Positions 1 through 12,300 of a stretch of 64,000 nt of DNA are shown in pieces. The number at the start of each line of letters is the position of its first letter. Within the stretch, counting starts at the first letter, position 1. The stretch comes from Klebsormidium nitens. Taxonomy: Eukaryota > Plantae > Klebsormidiophyceae. Under the pieces are notes generated by a model. That model searched no databases, was not told where the DNA came from, and was given only the letters and a program-made list of their open reading frames with translations. The stretch covers positions 84,370 through 148,369 of the forward strand of contig DF237106.1 of the NCBI GenBank assembly GCA_000708835.1, given 5' to 3'. The position numbers were made by a program, and so were the translations under genes.

Positions 1-342
1 AGCTACGCGCCCGACTTAGGAGTCACCGCTCGTGTAGGCGTAATGGGCATTATAGCAAATAGTCGGCAGTATGGTCACTTTGTATCGATAGTTGTACTGT
101 ACACTGCCCAAAATCTTCCGTTGAACATTGTCAAGTTCCATCAAAGTCGAAGTAGTCGCAAACATTGCTGGAATGTGTGCCAGCACACCAACATTGGCAC
201 TCAGTATGATGTTGCACTTAACCAACATGCGGTATCCAAGGCGCACGGTTCGCTTCGACAAAGATTTGCTTCGCAATAACAGAAATAGAATATGCACTCG
301 AGCTTTCACTTAAGGACTTGCATATAACAACGCATGTCCGCC

Positions 343-3300
343 TCATTCATGCCGGCGCTTCTTCCCACCGTGGCTCCTCCTCTCGTGCTTCTTTCTCTCA
401 TGCTCGCCATCATCGTAATCACGACTCCGGCCTCGTTTCTCCTCGTGCCTCTCGTGCTTATGGTGCTTTTCCGTTCTCGAGGGCCTGCTTGGCCCCTCAA
501 CAATGTCCTCGTTCAATTCCATGGCCGCAACGGACATGACCGCATGTGGCTCGCCCGACTTTCCCTTCTTCCGGGAAGGCTCGAACGCCGGTGGTGGTCC
601 AGTCGACTTTGCGCCAGACCTCTCCATCTGAAAACAAGCACTCTTTATTTAGAATGTTGTCATCAGGTCAAAATGGAGCAAAAAACCATTTCGAAGCAGG
701 AGTTCCTCCTAGGTGCCCTTCCAAAGAGGGAGGTTAAAGCATCGACCTGCACAAACTTGACTGGGTGACACGACAAGAGCTTTCTCTTCGAAGTCATTAG
801 AGAATCCGAGTTACCGAACAAATCTGCTTTTGCCTTCGTCGCTAACAAGAATCTCAGATTTTCTGCAGCCCGTTCGCTCCCGGCTCGCAACAGTTCAACT
901 TGTTTGGCAAGGCGCAGTCCCACCCAAACCAAGCAACCAAAAGGCTCTTGCACACCTCTTATCTTCAAAACACTTGAGAAGAAACAAAGGAATCTCGATT
1001 CACAGAGCATACCCACCTGCTTCTTCAGCAACTGTTCCCGCAGCCTGGTCGCCTCCTCGTCCTTTTCCACCCTCTCCAACCGCCCGGTGATCCCCCCCCG
1101 TTCCGGCACCGGGCTGAAACTCCGCCCCATCCGCTCGCCGTCCGGCCCCCGTCTCCTCAGTTCTGCCGGCGGCTCCTTCCGCCGATGCCGCTCCTCCACC
1201 TCCTCTGACGCCCGGAAATCCCTATACGGCCCGCGCGCGCTTTCCACGACTTCTCTCACGCCCCCCCCCGCCCGTCGTCGTCCGGGAGAAACCGGCCGCG
1301 GTCCTCGTACACCCCCCTGCGGGGCTCATCAACCGAGCCCCTGACCCGGTCGTCGAACCCCCCCCGGCGCGGGAGCTCCTCGGGAAACGCTCTCCGGGGG
1401 TGGTCGTCATCTAGAACCACTCGCCGGGGCGGATCGACCGTCGCTAAGCTTCGGACGACCTGCCGCTGGTCCGACGGATGGGCGTCCAAATCGTGCTTGT
1501 GCCGCTTTCGCTCGCGTTCCGGCTCCTCCCGGTCCTCTTTCGGGGGGCGCTTGCCCCGGTCCTTTCTGCCCCCCTCCTCCGAAGCCCGCCGGTCCGCGGG
1601 CGATGCCGAGAGGCGCTTACGGACGTCCGGCCGCTCCGCAATCTCGCCTTCCTCCCGTGACGCTTTCGACCGCCCGCTTAGACTAATAATCTTGGAACCC
1701 CTCCGCTCTTCCGCCCCGCCGGAGAGTTTCCGTTCGTCCGCACCCAATAACCGCTCCTCCAAACCGGCCTTCCGGTCTACAGACGGCAGTTTCGTCCGTG
1801 CGTCAATCACATCCCGACCGTTGTTGCTCCTCTCAGACACCCGGGTCTCGCCTTTAACCCTCTTTCCCTCTGGTTCATCAACCCTAACCCGCCCCTCCGC
1901 CACCTTGGGCCCCATTTCCGCGGTGGGCGCATCCCGCAGCAGAGCCTTCCTGCTTTCCCGACCTTCAACCTCGTCTCTCACAGGGCCTCTCCGAGGCTCC
2001 GCTTCTTTGGCACGCTTTTCTACATCTCGCGACGTCGCCTTCCCCTCCTTCAGGCTTCCCAACCGCTCCGACACTCCGCTTGTCAGCTTCTCCCCGTGCT
2101 TCCCCTCCGCAGTACCACTGTTCGGTCTTGAACGCGGGGGAAACCCTGGGGGTGTACCAGTGGCCGGCTCCCGCGGTTTTAGCCCGTCCCTTTCACTAAC
2201 CACGTCCCTTAACCCGTCCTTCGAATCGTTCCTGGGGATCCCCCTCGACTCGCCGCTTTCCCTCCCCGATTTCAGTCCTTCTCTCGCCGCGTCTGACCCC
2301 CTGCCAACGTCACCATCCCGACCCCTGCCAACGTCGCTCTCTTTCCCTCGCTCCCGGGTCGCGCTGACGTCACGGCCCCCGTCCTTGTCCTTCTTCACCG
2401 GCGGCAGGGGGGCCGGTCCCCTGGGAATTGTCCGTTCCGGCGCCCCCCTGTCCGGAACGCTCTCCCTCCGGTTGACCGTTGCCAGTAGCTTCCCGAGCGG
2501 AACCTTCTCGCCAGCCGAGGGAGCGCTCTCCCGGTCTTTCCGGGCGGGGCTCTCTCTACGGACGGGGCTCTCTTTTCGGACGTCCGAAACTCGCGGCCGG
2601 TGCTCGTCCTCAAAGTCCGGCTCGTGCTTCCGGTCCGGCGTCGCGCTAATCTCCCCCTCTTCTTGCTCTGTATCGTCCGGCTTCGGCTCGACTTTCGGCT
2701 CCGCTTTCGCCTCTTTGGGCCTCCATTCCTGCCGCTTAGACCGCTTGTCCTCCACCTTCTCCTCCGCTTTCGTTTTCGGCTCGTCCTTCGGCGCAAACGG
2801 CTTGGCGTTCGGGTTGAGCCTCGATCCCGGGGTGCTCGTCTCCTCCCTACCCGGCACAACTCTCGCCGGGCTCCCTTCTCCCCTTTCTAGTTTCTGCTCC
2901 CTTCCCTCAACCGCTTTCGCCTCCTTCGCGACTCCATTCACCGCGGGTTTCGCTTTGACCGCTTGGTCGACAGCTGTCAGATCGCTCGCGCTTTCCCGTT
3001 TGCTCACACCCGATGCCGCAACACCTGCCGTTGCCGCCGGTTTGCCGCTTGGCGGTCTGCTCGGTCCGAGGGGGCTCGCCTTCGGAGGAAGGGAGGCTTG
3101 CTGAGAGCGCCCGGATGCCGGCGTGGATTCGCGTGCGGGCGGCGGGTCCAGTCTCGGGTTGAAGACGTGAGGGGCCACCATTGTATTCTGAAGCAGGCAC
3201 AGGCAGTGTTCAACGCAGCGACAAAAATAGAGAATTCCAGTGAGCAAGGAAAGGCAACAAAGCTGGTCTTCAACGAGAGGGCACACCGTCACTGTCTGGT

Positions 3301-6300
3301 TTTGAAGCAGACGCAGCAAAGGGAGTTTCATGTGGCAGCGACAGACCAGAAACTTCCGGAGAGCAAGCGAAAAATGAGGCTGACCTTTGCATCAACTGAT
3401 GAGCGCAAAAATGCTTCGATATTGATTCCTTCACTGTCCACTTCGGTGCCAAAAGGAATGAAATTTTCTGCCTCGGGGGCTTGATGATAGACCCACAGGA
3501 TTGATTGCATGGCAGAGAACCTGCAGGAACCGTCGTCTGAAAGTGGCCTGGAGGAACGAGGCTGCTCACATGCGCACTTTGCTTAGAGAGACGCCTAAGC
3601 AGCATGCATACTTGGTTATTTGAGAGCCATGCCAAATTGAGTCCAAGCTCACCTGTTTTTGAATCAATATGCCCTTGTAGCTGCGGGCAATAATCAGGAT
3701 GTCTTCCGTCGTTTCCTTTCCATTGATCAATTTCTCCAGCTGGATTCGGAGAAAGCAGAAGATTAGTAAGCATATGAAACATAAGATGACCGGTGTGATC
3801 AGGAAGCATCGAGGAAGCACAGACCGATCAGGGCGATTAAGGAAAGGGACCAGCGCTTGCTTCCATTCACTACTTTGACCCACCCTGATTGAGGGAGAAG
3901 TAGCGAGAACGAATCAATCCAAAGTATCTCTGAGACGCATACCAGGAAAAAGGAGTGGACAGCTGAAATGACAGGCGCGGTAAGCAGGAGACACTACGTC
4001 GAGCACAGTCCAGCAATATCTGACTACGGCTATCGACATGGCCCTCCAGACAATCTCCGGACCCCTTTTGCTGTCTCTTTTCCGGTTAATCCGGAAGACT
4101 CCCGTCCTTGCGAGCTTCCAACCTGGACCCCGGCGGTGTGATTATCATAAGACTCAGTGAGGGCTGAAATAGCATGACTCGACGTCTCGTCGTTGGCCAG
4201 CTGCGAACTGGCAGTAGATGCTTACTTTGAGCTCGAAGATCCTCGCGTGCTTCTTGACGGCCGGGAAGATGTCTTTCAACTGCAGGAGAGATGACATCAG
4301 CCGGCATCAGTGCCCTGTCAGACGTCTTGCCAAACCTCTAGAATCTAGCGGAAAGGGTCTGGTGAGCATTAATAGTCGCTTGCAAAGCTGCCACATCTCG
4401 CTGACGTCCACTGACACCCTAGGCCGAAACATATCCTCGACGGTGGACGGAGATTGCTAGCAAGATGGCTATCAATCAGACCTGGCACGATTGCACCCTA
4501 TTGGATTGGTGCAGCCGCAACGATAACAAGGATGGGGAAAGAAAGAAGCAGCATAATGACGTCACAAGAGGATCTACTAGGTCTTCTGCTGCTGATGTGG
4601 ATTTGTATTGTTGAAGGACCGTCCTTCTTCTTTCAGGGACGATACGACTGTGCATCACGAAACCGGACGGCGTGCTAGCAGAGCTGCTGGGCAGTCACAA
4701 GATGGCTTTCTTGATCTTGATTTTGTGGATGGAAGTGGGGCACCAGAAGAGGCGCCTTACCTTACCAAGATGTCCAAATGAATCAACTCGGAAAGGTAAC
4801 AGTCCCAATATTGTGATGGTGAAAATATCAGCTCACCTCCTTAAGCACAACCAAACTGTTCCTGATGCGCATTGGGTCCTTCGAGTCCAGGTGCCTTCCA
4901 ATGATCCGTGTGATCCACTGGTGCCATCTCCACGTTTGCTGTACGGAGAGGAAGACGATGAATACGTCAGCAGTTGCTTCCAGTGATTACTTTTGGTGCC
5001 AATAAATTCCTAATGATTGTGACCTTCTACTTTAGCGGTCAAAAGTCCGCAACCAGATTTGACGCCGGTTCTCGAGCGAATGGATCTTGGCTCGCTTTGC
5101 ATTCCATTACGACGTTAGGGACGAACTATCAACGCCGTAACATAAGGCCACCGTGCATGACTCGCAAAGGACTGCTTTCGCAGACTTCACAAACGACGGC
5201 CCGACTAGACTTTTCAATCAGCGCAGCGTCGACTTAGTATTGCACTGCACTTGAGAGATTGACATAGACCAGATCAAATGTAAGACCATCTGAAAGCCCC
5301 GATTGCTCAAGATGAGTATGCATGTCCAGTGCCCACTCCAAAACCCCATGCCAAGTGAGAGCATGAGCTTTCACTGAGAAAAATGAAAGGCATACTTCTT
5401 GGTAGTCGAGGAACTTTGACGCCTTCTCCTTTCCCGTCAAGCGCGAGTGCGGCTCCCGGGCGCACTCCCGCTGGAAGGTCTCCTCATCAGCCTACAGAAC
5501 GCCATCGCAAATGTGTGAAACGAGGCCACATTGAAACCTTTTTTTGTGTGAAAAGTATCCAAGACGTACTTACATCCTCCAGATTTGCAAACGTACAAGT
5601 TTGAGGTTCTCAGCGCTGTCCAAAACCAGGTGGCAACGAAAGGAGCGCATCGAACGACAGACGCTCGTGAGACGCTTTCCTTGCCTTTTCGTGCGCACGC
5701 AAATCAGAACACCAGTAGCGTACGAGTCAAGCAAGTTATAGCGGCTCGTCCTACGATACAAGTACACAAGGTGCAGAGAAGCCCTTTCTACTCAGTAGTA
5801 TCGATTTTATATTGAATTACGGCTACGTTGACTTACATCATGCCCGGGTTTGACTTAGATTATGCCCGGGTGACGGGTCGGGTTGGTTTGGGGGTTTAAG
5901 GTGGGTACGGGTGCGGAGCATGTGAACTTTGAGTTCAGGTTTTAGTTTGTTTGTGCCCCGGGAACTGGTCTAACTCAACATAGACCTATACCTAAGTCAA
6001 TTTAACCTCAAGACTTATCTTCTACTCCTCACCTTCCAGTGCTGCAGCAACTTGAGCAACTTGCCCAAGAACTTGCCGTACCGCAGGGCCTCGTACTCCG
6101 AGGAGAGGGCGACCAATGGTTCCAGCGTTTTCACGAGCACAAATGTGATGACCTGCAAACTTGGAACCAAATCAGACCTGCTAACCCAACAACTTTGAAA
6201 CGTTCAAGGGAACAAGTCGGGGTCTTCAAGGATCGAGCCGAGACTATCAGAGGTATACCAGACATGATGTAGAACAATCTTCAAGAGCTGATTCCAAGAT

Positions 6301-9300
6301 AGGCTACTCAAGAGCGTGGATCCAAACATTTTAGCGATCAGAGACTGAATCGGAGAGTAAAGAACGCATTCGCAGCAGCTCTTTTATCTTGTTTGCAATA
6401 ACCCAGAAGATTCGAGGGGGTTGTGGCAATTCCGGTCTTACTTGCATAGTGGGAAGGCCAGGGGCGTTGATCTCGTGTAGGAGGTTCAGGAACTGCAAAA
6501 AAAAATAACATTCGTCAGGGAGCAGCGGTTGGATCCTTGTTCCAACTTGTCGGCATTACACGGAGGGCGGGAAACAGCCGCAGTTATTGCACGACTCCGC
6601 TCGCAGCATTTGAACTTTCAGTGTTTCGCAGCCTCTTGCGTATGAAAGCTTTCCTTGTGACGCGGCATTGACAAAACAGTTCCAAAAACGAAAAATCTCG
6701 TATGATTAGTTTTAAGCGATTCTTTTAAGCGATCAAGAGGTGGGTCCGGTGCTCACATGGAAGCAGAAGAGCGCGTCTGGCAGGGAGAGCGTCACGCGTG
6801 GAAAGATGCACGTCTGCACAAGAGCACCTGGTTAATTTACGGAGGACGGACTGTGCTTAAAAGGGTTTCATTATTGAATAATCACCTCGTTGGGTCTGCA
6901 GTATAGTGTTTTGAGAGACTTCACGGTTGAGCTTATTTCATTTGAAACAAAAGGCTGTTCTTTTGGGTGATCCCAGATCCGTGACAAGAGCGCTGATTAT
7001 GCCACTGATTTTACATAACGTACGAGTTCACGATGAGTTCTGATACAACATGTAACCCAGTCAGAATGCCTACAACGTGTGGGTCAGCTTAGAATTGAAC
7101 CAAGTACGAACGAGCTGACATTGCAGACAGGTGCTCTACTTTGCAACAGCAGCCATCACGCAACTGGTTATAGAGGAAACATCGCGCAGCCGCTTCAAAA
7201 CAAAGTAAAACTACCAAATATCCGACACTGATTGCCGACAAAAGCAATCAGGAGCCTGTTTTGAATACAACCTCAACGAACGAAACCCGCAGCAATACAC
7301 TTTCACGCCAAGGGGGTCTGCCGTACCTGGAAAAAATCAGAGATTGCGGTGCGCTTCTCTGGAGGGTCGTCGGTTGGCCGCCCGTCAGCGGCGCGATCGC
7401 CACAGGCCTGATCGCTGAGTACGCGCTCGGTTGACGCACGGTCCCCAGCCTTCTTGTGGCGAATCTGCCACTGGTCCTTCTCCCGGATCTGCAGGTTGCA
7501 AAAGCTAGGCTTTGTACAAGAAAAGCCGACTTTGTGAATCTTAGAAGCAGAAGCGACTGGTGACACGAATGCACCGAAGAAGGGCTTTGGACGTCTGTTT
7601 GCAGCAGAAGCGAACAACGAGGAGAGATAGGTAGCAGCTGAAGCCTTCGTTGAGGAGACCGAGCATCCCATTGCTTGGGAGGATAAGTTTCTTCGGTAGT
7701 TCCTTGTCCGACCGAAGAAAGCCATCATGGCTTGCAATAAATTGCGTAGGATCCTTTCGAGGGATGTCTTAGTCGTGAGCACGTGAATCTTACCAGAATC
7801 TGCTTGACAGCCTCGACAGTCTTCTCCTGCGCTGCTAGCTCGTTCTCCAAGTTTGTGACCGTATCCTGGACAGAGCAATCGCAGGCAGCGTTAGCAGGAG
7901 AAAGCAGCCTGCGAGTGCTCCAGCAGAGAGATGCACGGGAACTTCAAATTCCAAGTTCACTAGGAAGATCTTACGACAATTGCCTTCAACAGAACACTAA
8001 GCGCCCAGAAAAACACAAAATGTGGAGAAGCAATCACCAAATACTTCACTGAGCAAACGTGAAAATGGAAGGCAAAGTTCGCCCACCCTTTACACAAAAC
8101 ATAGACTGACGAAGCGTCCGACATTCCACAAATCGAAGGAAGAAACGCCACTACAACGTTGAAAACACGTGGAGTAACAACGGCAAATGTATCGCACAGT
8201 TGAGAACTCGGCCTCACAAAGCGCCCGCAGAGCTAGAGTTAGCGAACCAGACGCGAGTGATCTGAAGAGGGCTGATGGGGCCCGGAAACGAAGCGGTATC
8301 GACAACGGCAACGGACACGGAAACGGAAACGGAACGAAGCCAAAGCTAGCCCACCCTCAGAAACTTGGCCTCGCGGTCCCGCTTCTTCTGGTCCGACCCC
8401 GTCAGCGACTCCGCCTCCTTGGCCGCGTCTTTGGCCGCCTTCTGAACCTTTTCGATCTCGGACAGGTAGCGCGCTTTCGGGACGTAGATGTCGGAGAGGG
8501 ACAGGCTCCAGAAGCGCAGGTACAGGAGGGGGCTCATGATGTGCCACGTGGCAGGGGCGTGGAACGACTGGACCGTCCCCAGCAAGCTCTTCCACCTGAG
8601 AAGGTTCTAGAACGAATTAACAAAAGAGTTACCTTTTTGATTTTGAAATCGAAAATGACTGCTTTTGTGGGCAAAATTTTCAGTTAGACCTCGGCCATTT
8701 GTAAAACCGCAGATTCAAGAAAGCAAGGGTGCTGTTGCGTTGCAGAAGGGGAGCGGTTTTTACTCGAATCTACTCGAATCTACTATGCTTTAAGCAAATT
8801 GTTGGCAGTGAAATGAAAGAAAGTAAGCGCAGCCTGGCGAGGGGAATGTCGTGCTCTAGTGCTGACTGCCGCGAACGAGATTATATCAGATAAAGCGGTG
8901 ACTTTGGTCAGAAGGCGTCTCGTACAACTTCCTGGTTCTGCAAATTGATCAAGGCAATAAGACCTGAAAATAACTGTAGGATGAAAGCAAGCTTCTGAAA
9001 CTCACGTTTCTTGTCGTCTGTCAAGAGGATAGATCCAAGGAGCCTTCCAGAATTTGAATTGACTTTGGGGAGCTCAAATTTGGTGGTCGGCAGCACGAGA
9101 ACGAGCCAGAGACGAGGCAACTTGACGACACGGAGTCATTATCCGGAGGCTCTGCGGGGGAGAACACACTCACGAACAAGAGAATTCAACATTCGTGAGA
9201 AGCGAGGAGGAGCAGGCTCTACGTACGTGAGCGTGACGTCGCCCAGCTTTACTGCTAGCTGGTTGTCGTCAGCGGGTTCGGTCGTCCAGTCAGTGACTGC

Positions 9301-12300
9301 CTCTTCCAACGCATCGCCGTTGGCCTCCGAAGGGCGCGCCAACTTCGGGGCCGGCTTGAGCTTCAGGTCTTGGAGCACCGGGCGATAGATAAGCATCGCC
9401 AGCTGAAGATCGAACCGGATATACGGTCAGTTATACACAACTTGCTTCTTAAGTGAGAAGTTGAAGCGTCCTGGCGTAAGAAGCAGGGCATGGATAGCAA
9501 ACCGTCACTCCGTTGGCGAACAGATTGTCTCAAAAGAAGCGGATCAATTATCAGAGTGGAGGACGGCCCAGACGAGCTTCGAGAATTGCAGTCGAGCGAT
9601 CCAATCCAACGTGCGTGCTTCCAGCAGCCTTTAAACAGTCCGGGAACAACGCGTGTGACTCCGAGTTCAGAAGCGCCCAACTTCTCACGAATATTTCAAA
9701 TCTTAAAGGAAAGAAAAAGGTTATCATGTACCTCTGGTTCGAGATGGTACGAGTGCACGAGCTCGTTCAGGGGAGGTACCAGCGACGCGAATTCGGCCTC
9801 GGGGACCGCTTTCACTAGGTACTCGTACAGCTGGATGAAGATCTTGTGCAGCATATCGTATTGGCCCCCCGTGACCTTGACATTCGGCGTGGGCATGGAG
9901 AAGGGGTCGGCCTCGTACAGGATTCTGCAGATAGGATTTGCGCTTGAGTGAATCTTTGATTTGAGTTGCTGCAGAAGCTGACATATAGATACAAACAAGT
10001 ATGTGAGCAGAAGTGCTGCGCCCTCCAGGTCTGCCGAGATGCTCGCGTGTCGCCCGAGAAGATGGACACTCAAAGGCAATTCAGCGGCATACAAGCTCGA
10101 GTACGAATCTGCGGACGGTTGGCCACGCTGCTGCCATGCTGGCCGCCGAGGGCAGAAAATGAGAGAGGCTAGACCACAGTTGTAGCACCCAAGTATGTGA
10201 AAGGGTACAAAGCTGTTGGGCTTTGTATGCCGAGTTTGGCCGAAGAGATTGAAAGGCGCTTCTCCAGAGGAAGACCTGAGGCTGGGACATAGCTTTTGAC
10301 GGTAAACAGAAGCTTTTCGTGACGGCAGAGCGGGTGCCTTGCTCACCTGTTCCGTAGTTGGGCGATGCCAATGAGGAGCGGCATCGCGAGGCGGGGTGCA
10401 TCCTCGGGGCTGGGATACAGCGTCTCCTTGAGTTTTACTAGCGCCTTATTTACAGTCTGCAAGAGCAAAGGATCCGTAATTTCGCTATTGTTCAGCAAGA
10501 GCGGCACTTTAGCCATAAAATACAATCGAGTGGCAGTTAACCAGCCGAGTCCCTGTCAGTTGACCCTGGCAAACAGCGGTTTAAAGACTTTGAGGAAACA
10601 GGAAACACATGCCGTTCATCTTCGAAAAGTGAAAGACTTCTGCCACGGGATTGACAGCCTGTCCGAGCTAAAGTTCAATGCGAAATTGCCCTTCTTGTAC
10701 TTGGAGGAGAAAATCGTTCCATGCAAGGGCTTGAAAACATTGAAGCTTAACTGCATAAAGCTTGAGAATGACACAAGATTCATGGGCAGCTCTTTGGCGA
10801 GGGCAGTCAGGCTCACCTTGGTCTCTTGCTTTGTTAGCTTCATGCTTCCGATGTTGAACGCCTCGAAGTAGAGCTTTTCCCCTCCGGCCATGGCTTCTTG
10901 CAGGTCCTCCTGAGTGTCTTCGACCACTCGGACGTTGGCCATCTGGCCGAGCATCTCCTGTTCGATAGACAAATAACCCGGTTAAGAACATCTATTGATT
11001 GATGAGTAAAACGTCTGATCAATCCGTGAAAAGCGTGATCGAACGTCCCTGATACCGCGTAGAAACCACTGTCAAAATAAAGGGCAGTGACTAGTAGTCC
11101 AGAAAGAAGAGAGTCCTGATCACAAGCAGTCGGATCGACTTACTTCGAGAGGATATCCGGTCGGAACGCAGCATAGGCTAGTACTCCAATGATAATTTGG
11201 AGAAGGAAAGTTCTGATTACAATCAGTTGGATCGACTGTACTCGCCTTGACAAAAGACTTATGATTAAAAGTCCGAGAGCAGCTACAAGCGAGTAGTCCA
11301 ACAGGGAAGAAACTCTAATTACAACCAGGCAAATCGATTCGCCTCAAGAGAAGCATTCAGGGCCATAAGAACAACGGACCAGTTCAGGCCCAAGGGACCC
11401 GTTCAGGACCAACGAAAGCGTTCAACCACCTTCTGAGGCGCAAGGGAACTATCAATAAACCCCAAAGGGAGGACCCCAACTTGCGGGTGTGCATTTCGCA
11501 ATATCGATATCTGACCATCATCAAACAGCCAGGTGAAAGTAGACTGTGCACTTGCGGTAAGTCCATTAAGCATATAATCATGATGTCTGCTGGGGTCGTC
11601 AAAAGCCCAGCCGTTTTCTACCTGCAGAATGACCAGGTCCCAGGGCTGCCCGTTGATGGCCTGCTTGACCATCATCTGGAGGATGCCGTGGAGGTTGATG
11701 ACGCTGTGGTGCTTCTTGCCCCTGCAAAAGTTTCAAATACGTAAAGGTTTGAGGGCAATCCTGCTTATTGCCCCAACAAAAAGTTACAAAGGAGGCTGAG
11801 GCATAAAGGGCCCCTCGGATCTGAAAGGGCAGTTTGTCCTGACACCAGCTTGTAAGTCGCTAATCCCGTCATTCCGTCATGATTCCTGCCCGATGACAAG
11901 TTCACGAAATCTGACGCTTAACGAAAGGACGCTGCTGAAAAGCACAGACTCCGCGCTGCGATCCAGATCGGCTATTCCACAACGCCTCGAGGAGTATTAC
12001 TCTGCACAGACAGGCAGCACGGATCGGCCCAATTGGTCGATTAATAAATGCGAAATGTGGTGGAAACCAGGGGGAAAAGCTCATGGGATAAGGAAAAGGT
12101 GTTGTGTACAAAAGCGGAGTTCTCCCAAGAAGCTCCGATTACAGTAAGAAGCTTGAAGTGACGCGTCTTTCTCACCATGAACCCACAAACTCCGCGAGGT
12201 GCTGCAGCCAGTCCGCGGTGTCGAGGCCCGAGTCTTTCAACCGGTCTCGTTTCTGGGCGAGGGCCTGAAGAATCAGGTACTCGACAATCTCATGCTCCAG

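Noticed and set aside
854-868. Alternative THO2 end CTGCAG|AAA ATC TGA
   Set aside because: Purine-rich acceptor context; the exon at 343-627 has a far better acceptor and matching composition.
1497-3104. 535-aa plus-strand ORF and other long overlapping ORFs
   Set aside because: Antisense shadow of the GC-rich THO2 tail exon; Ser/Pro/Leu-biased with no motifs or splice support.
8761-8784. tactcgaatc repeated 2.4 times
   Set aside because: Trivial intronic slippage duplication.
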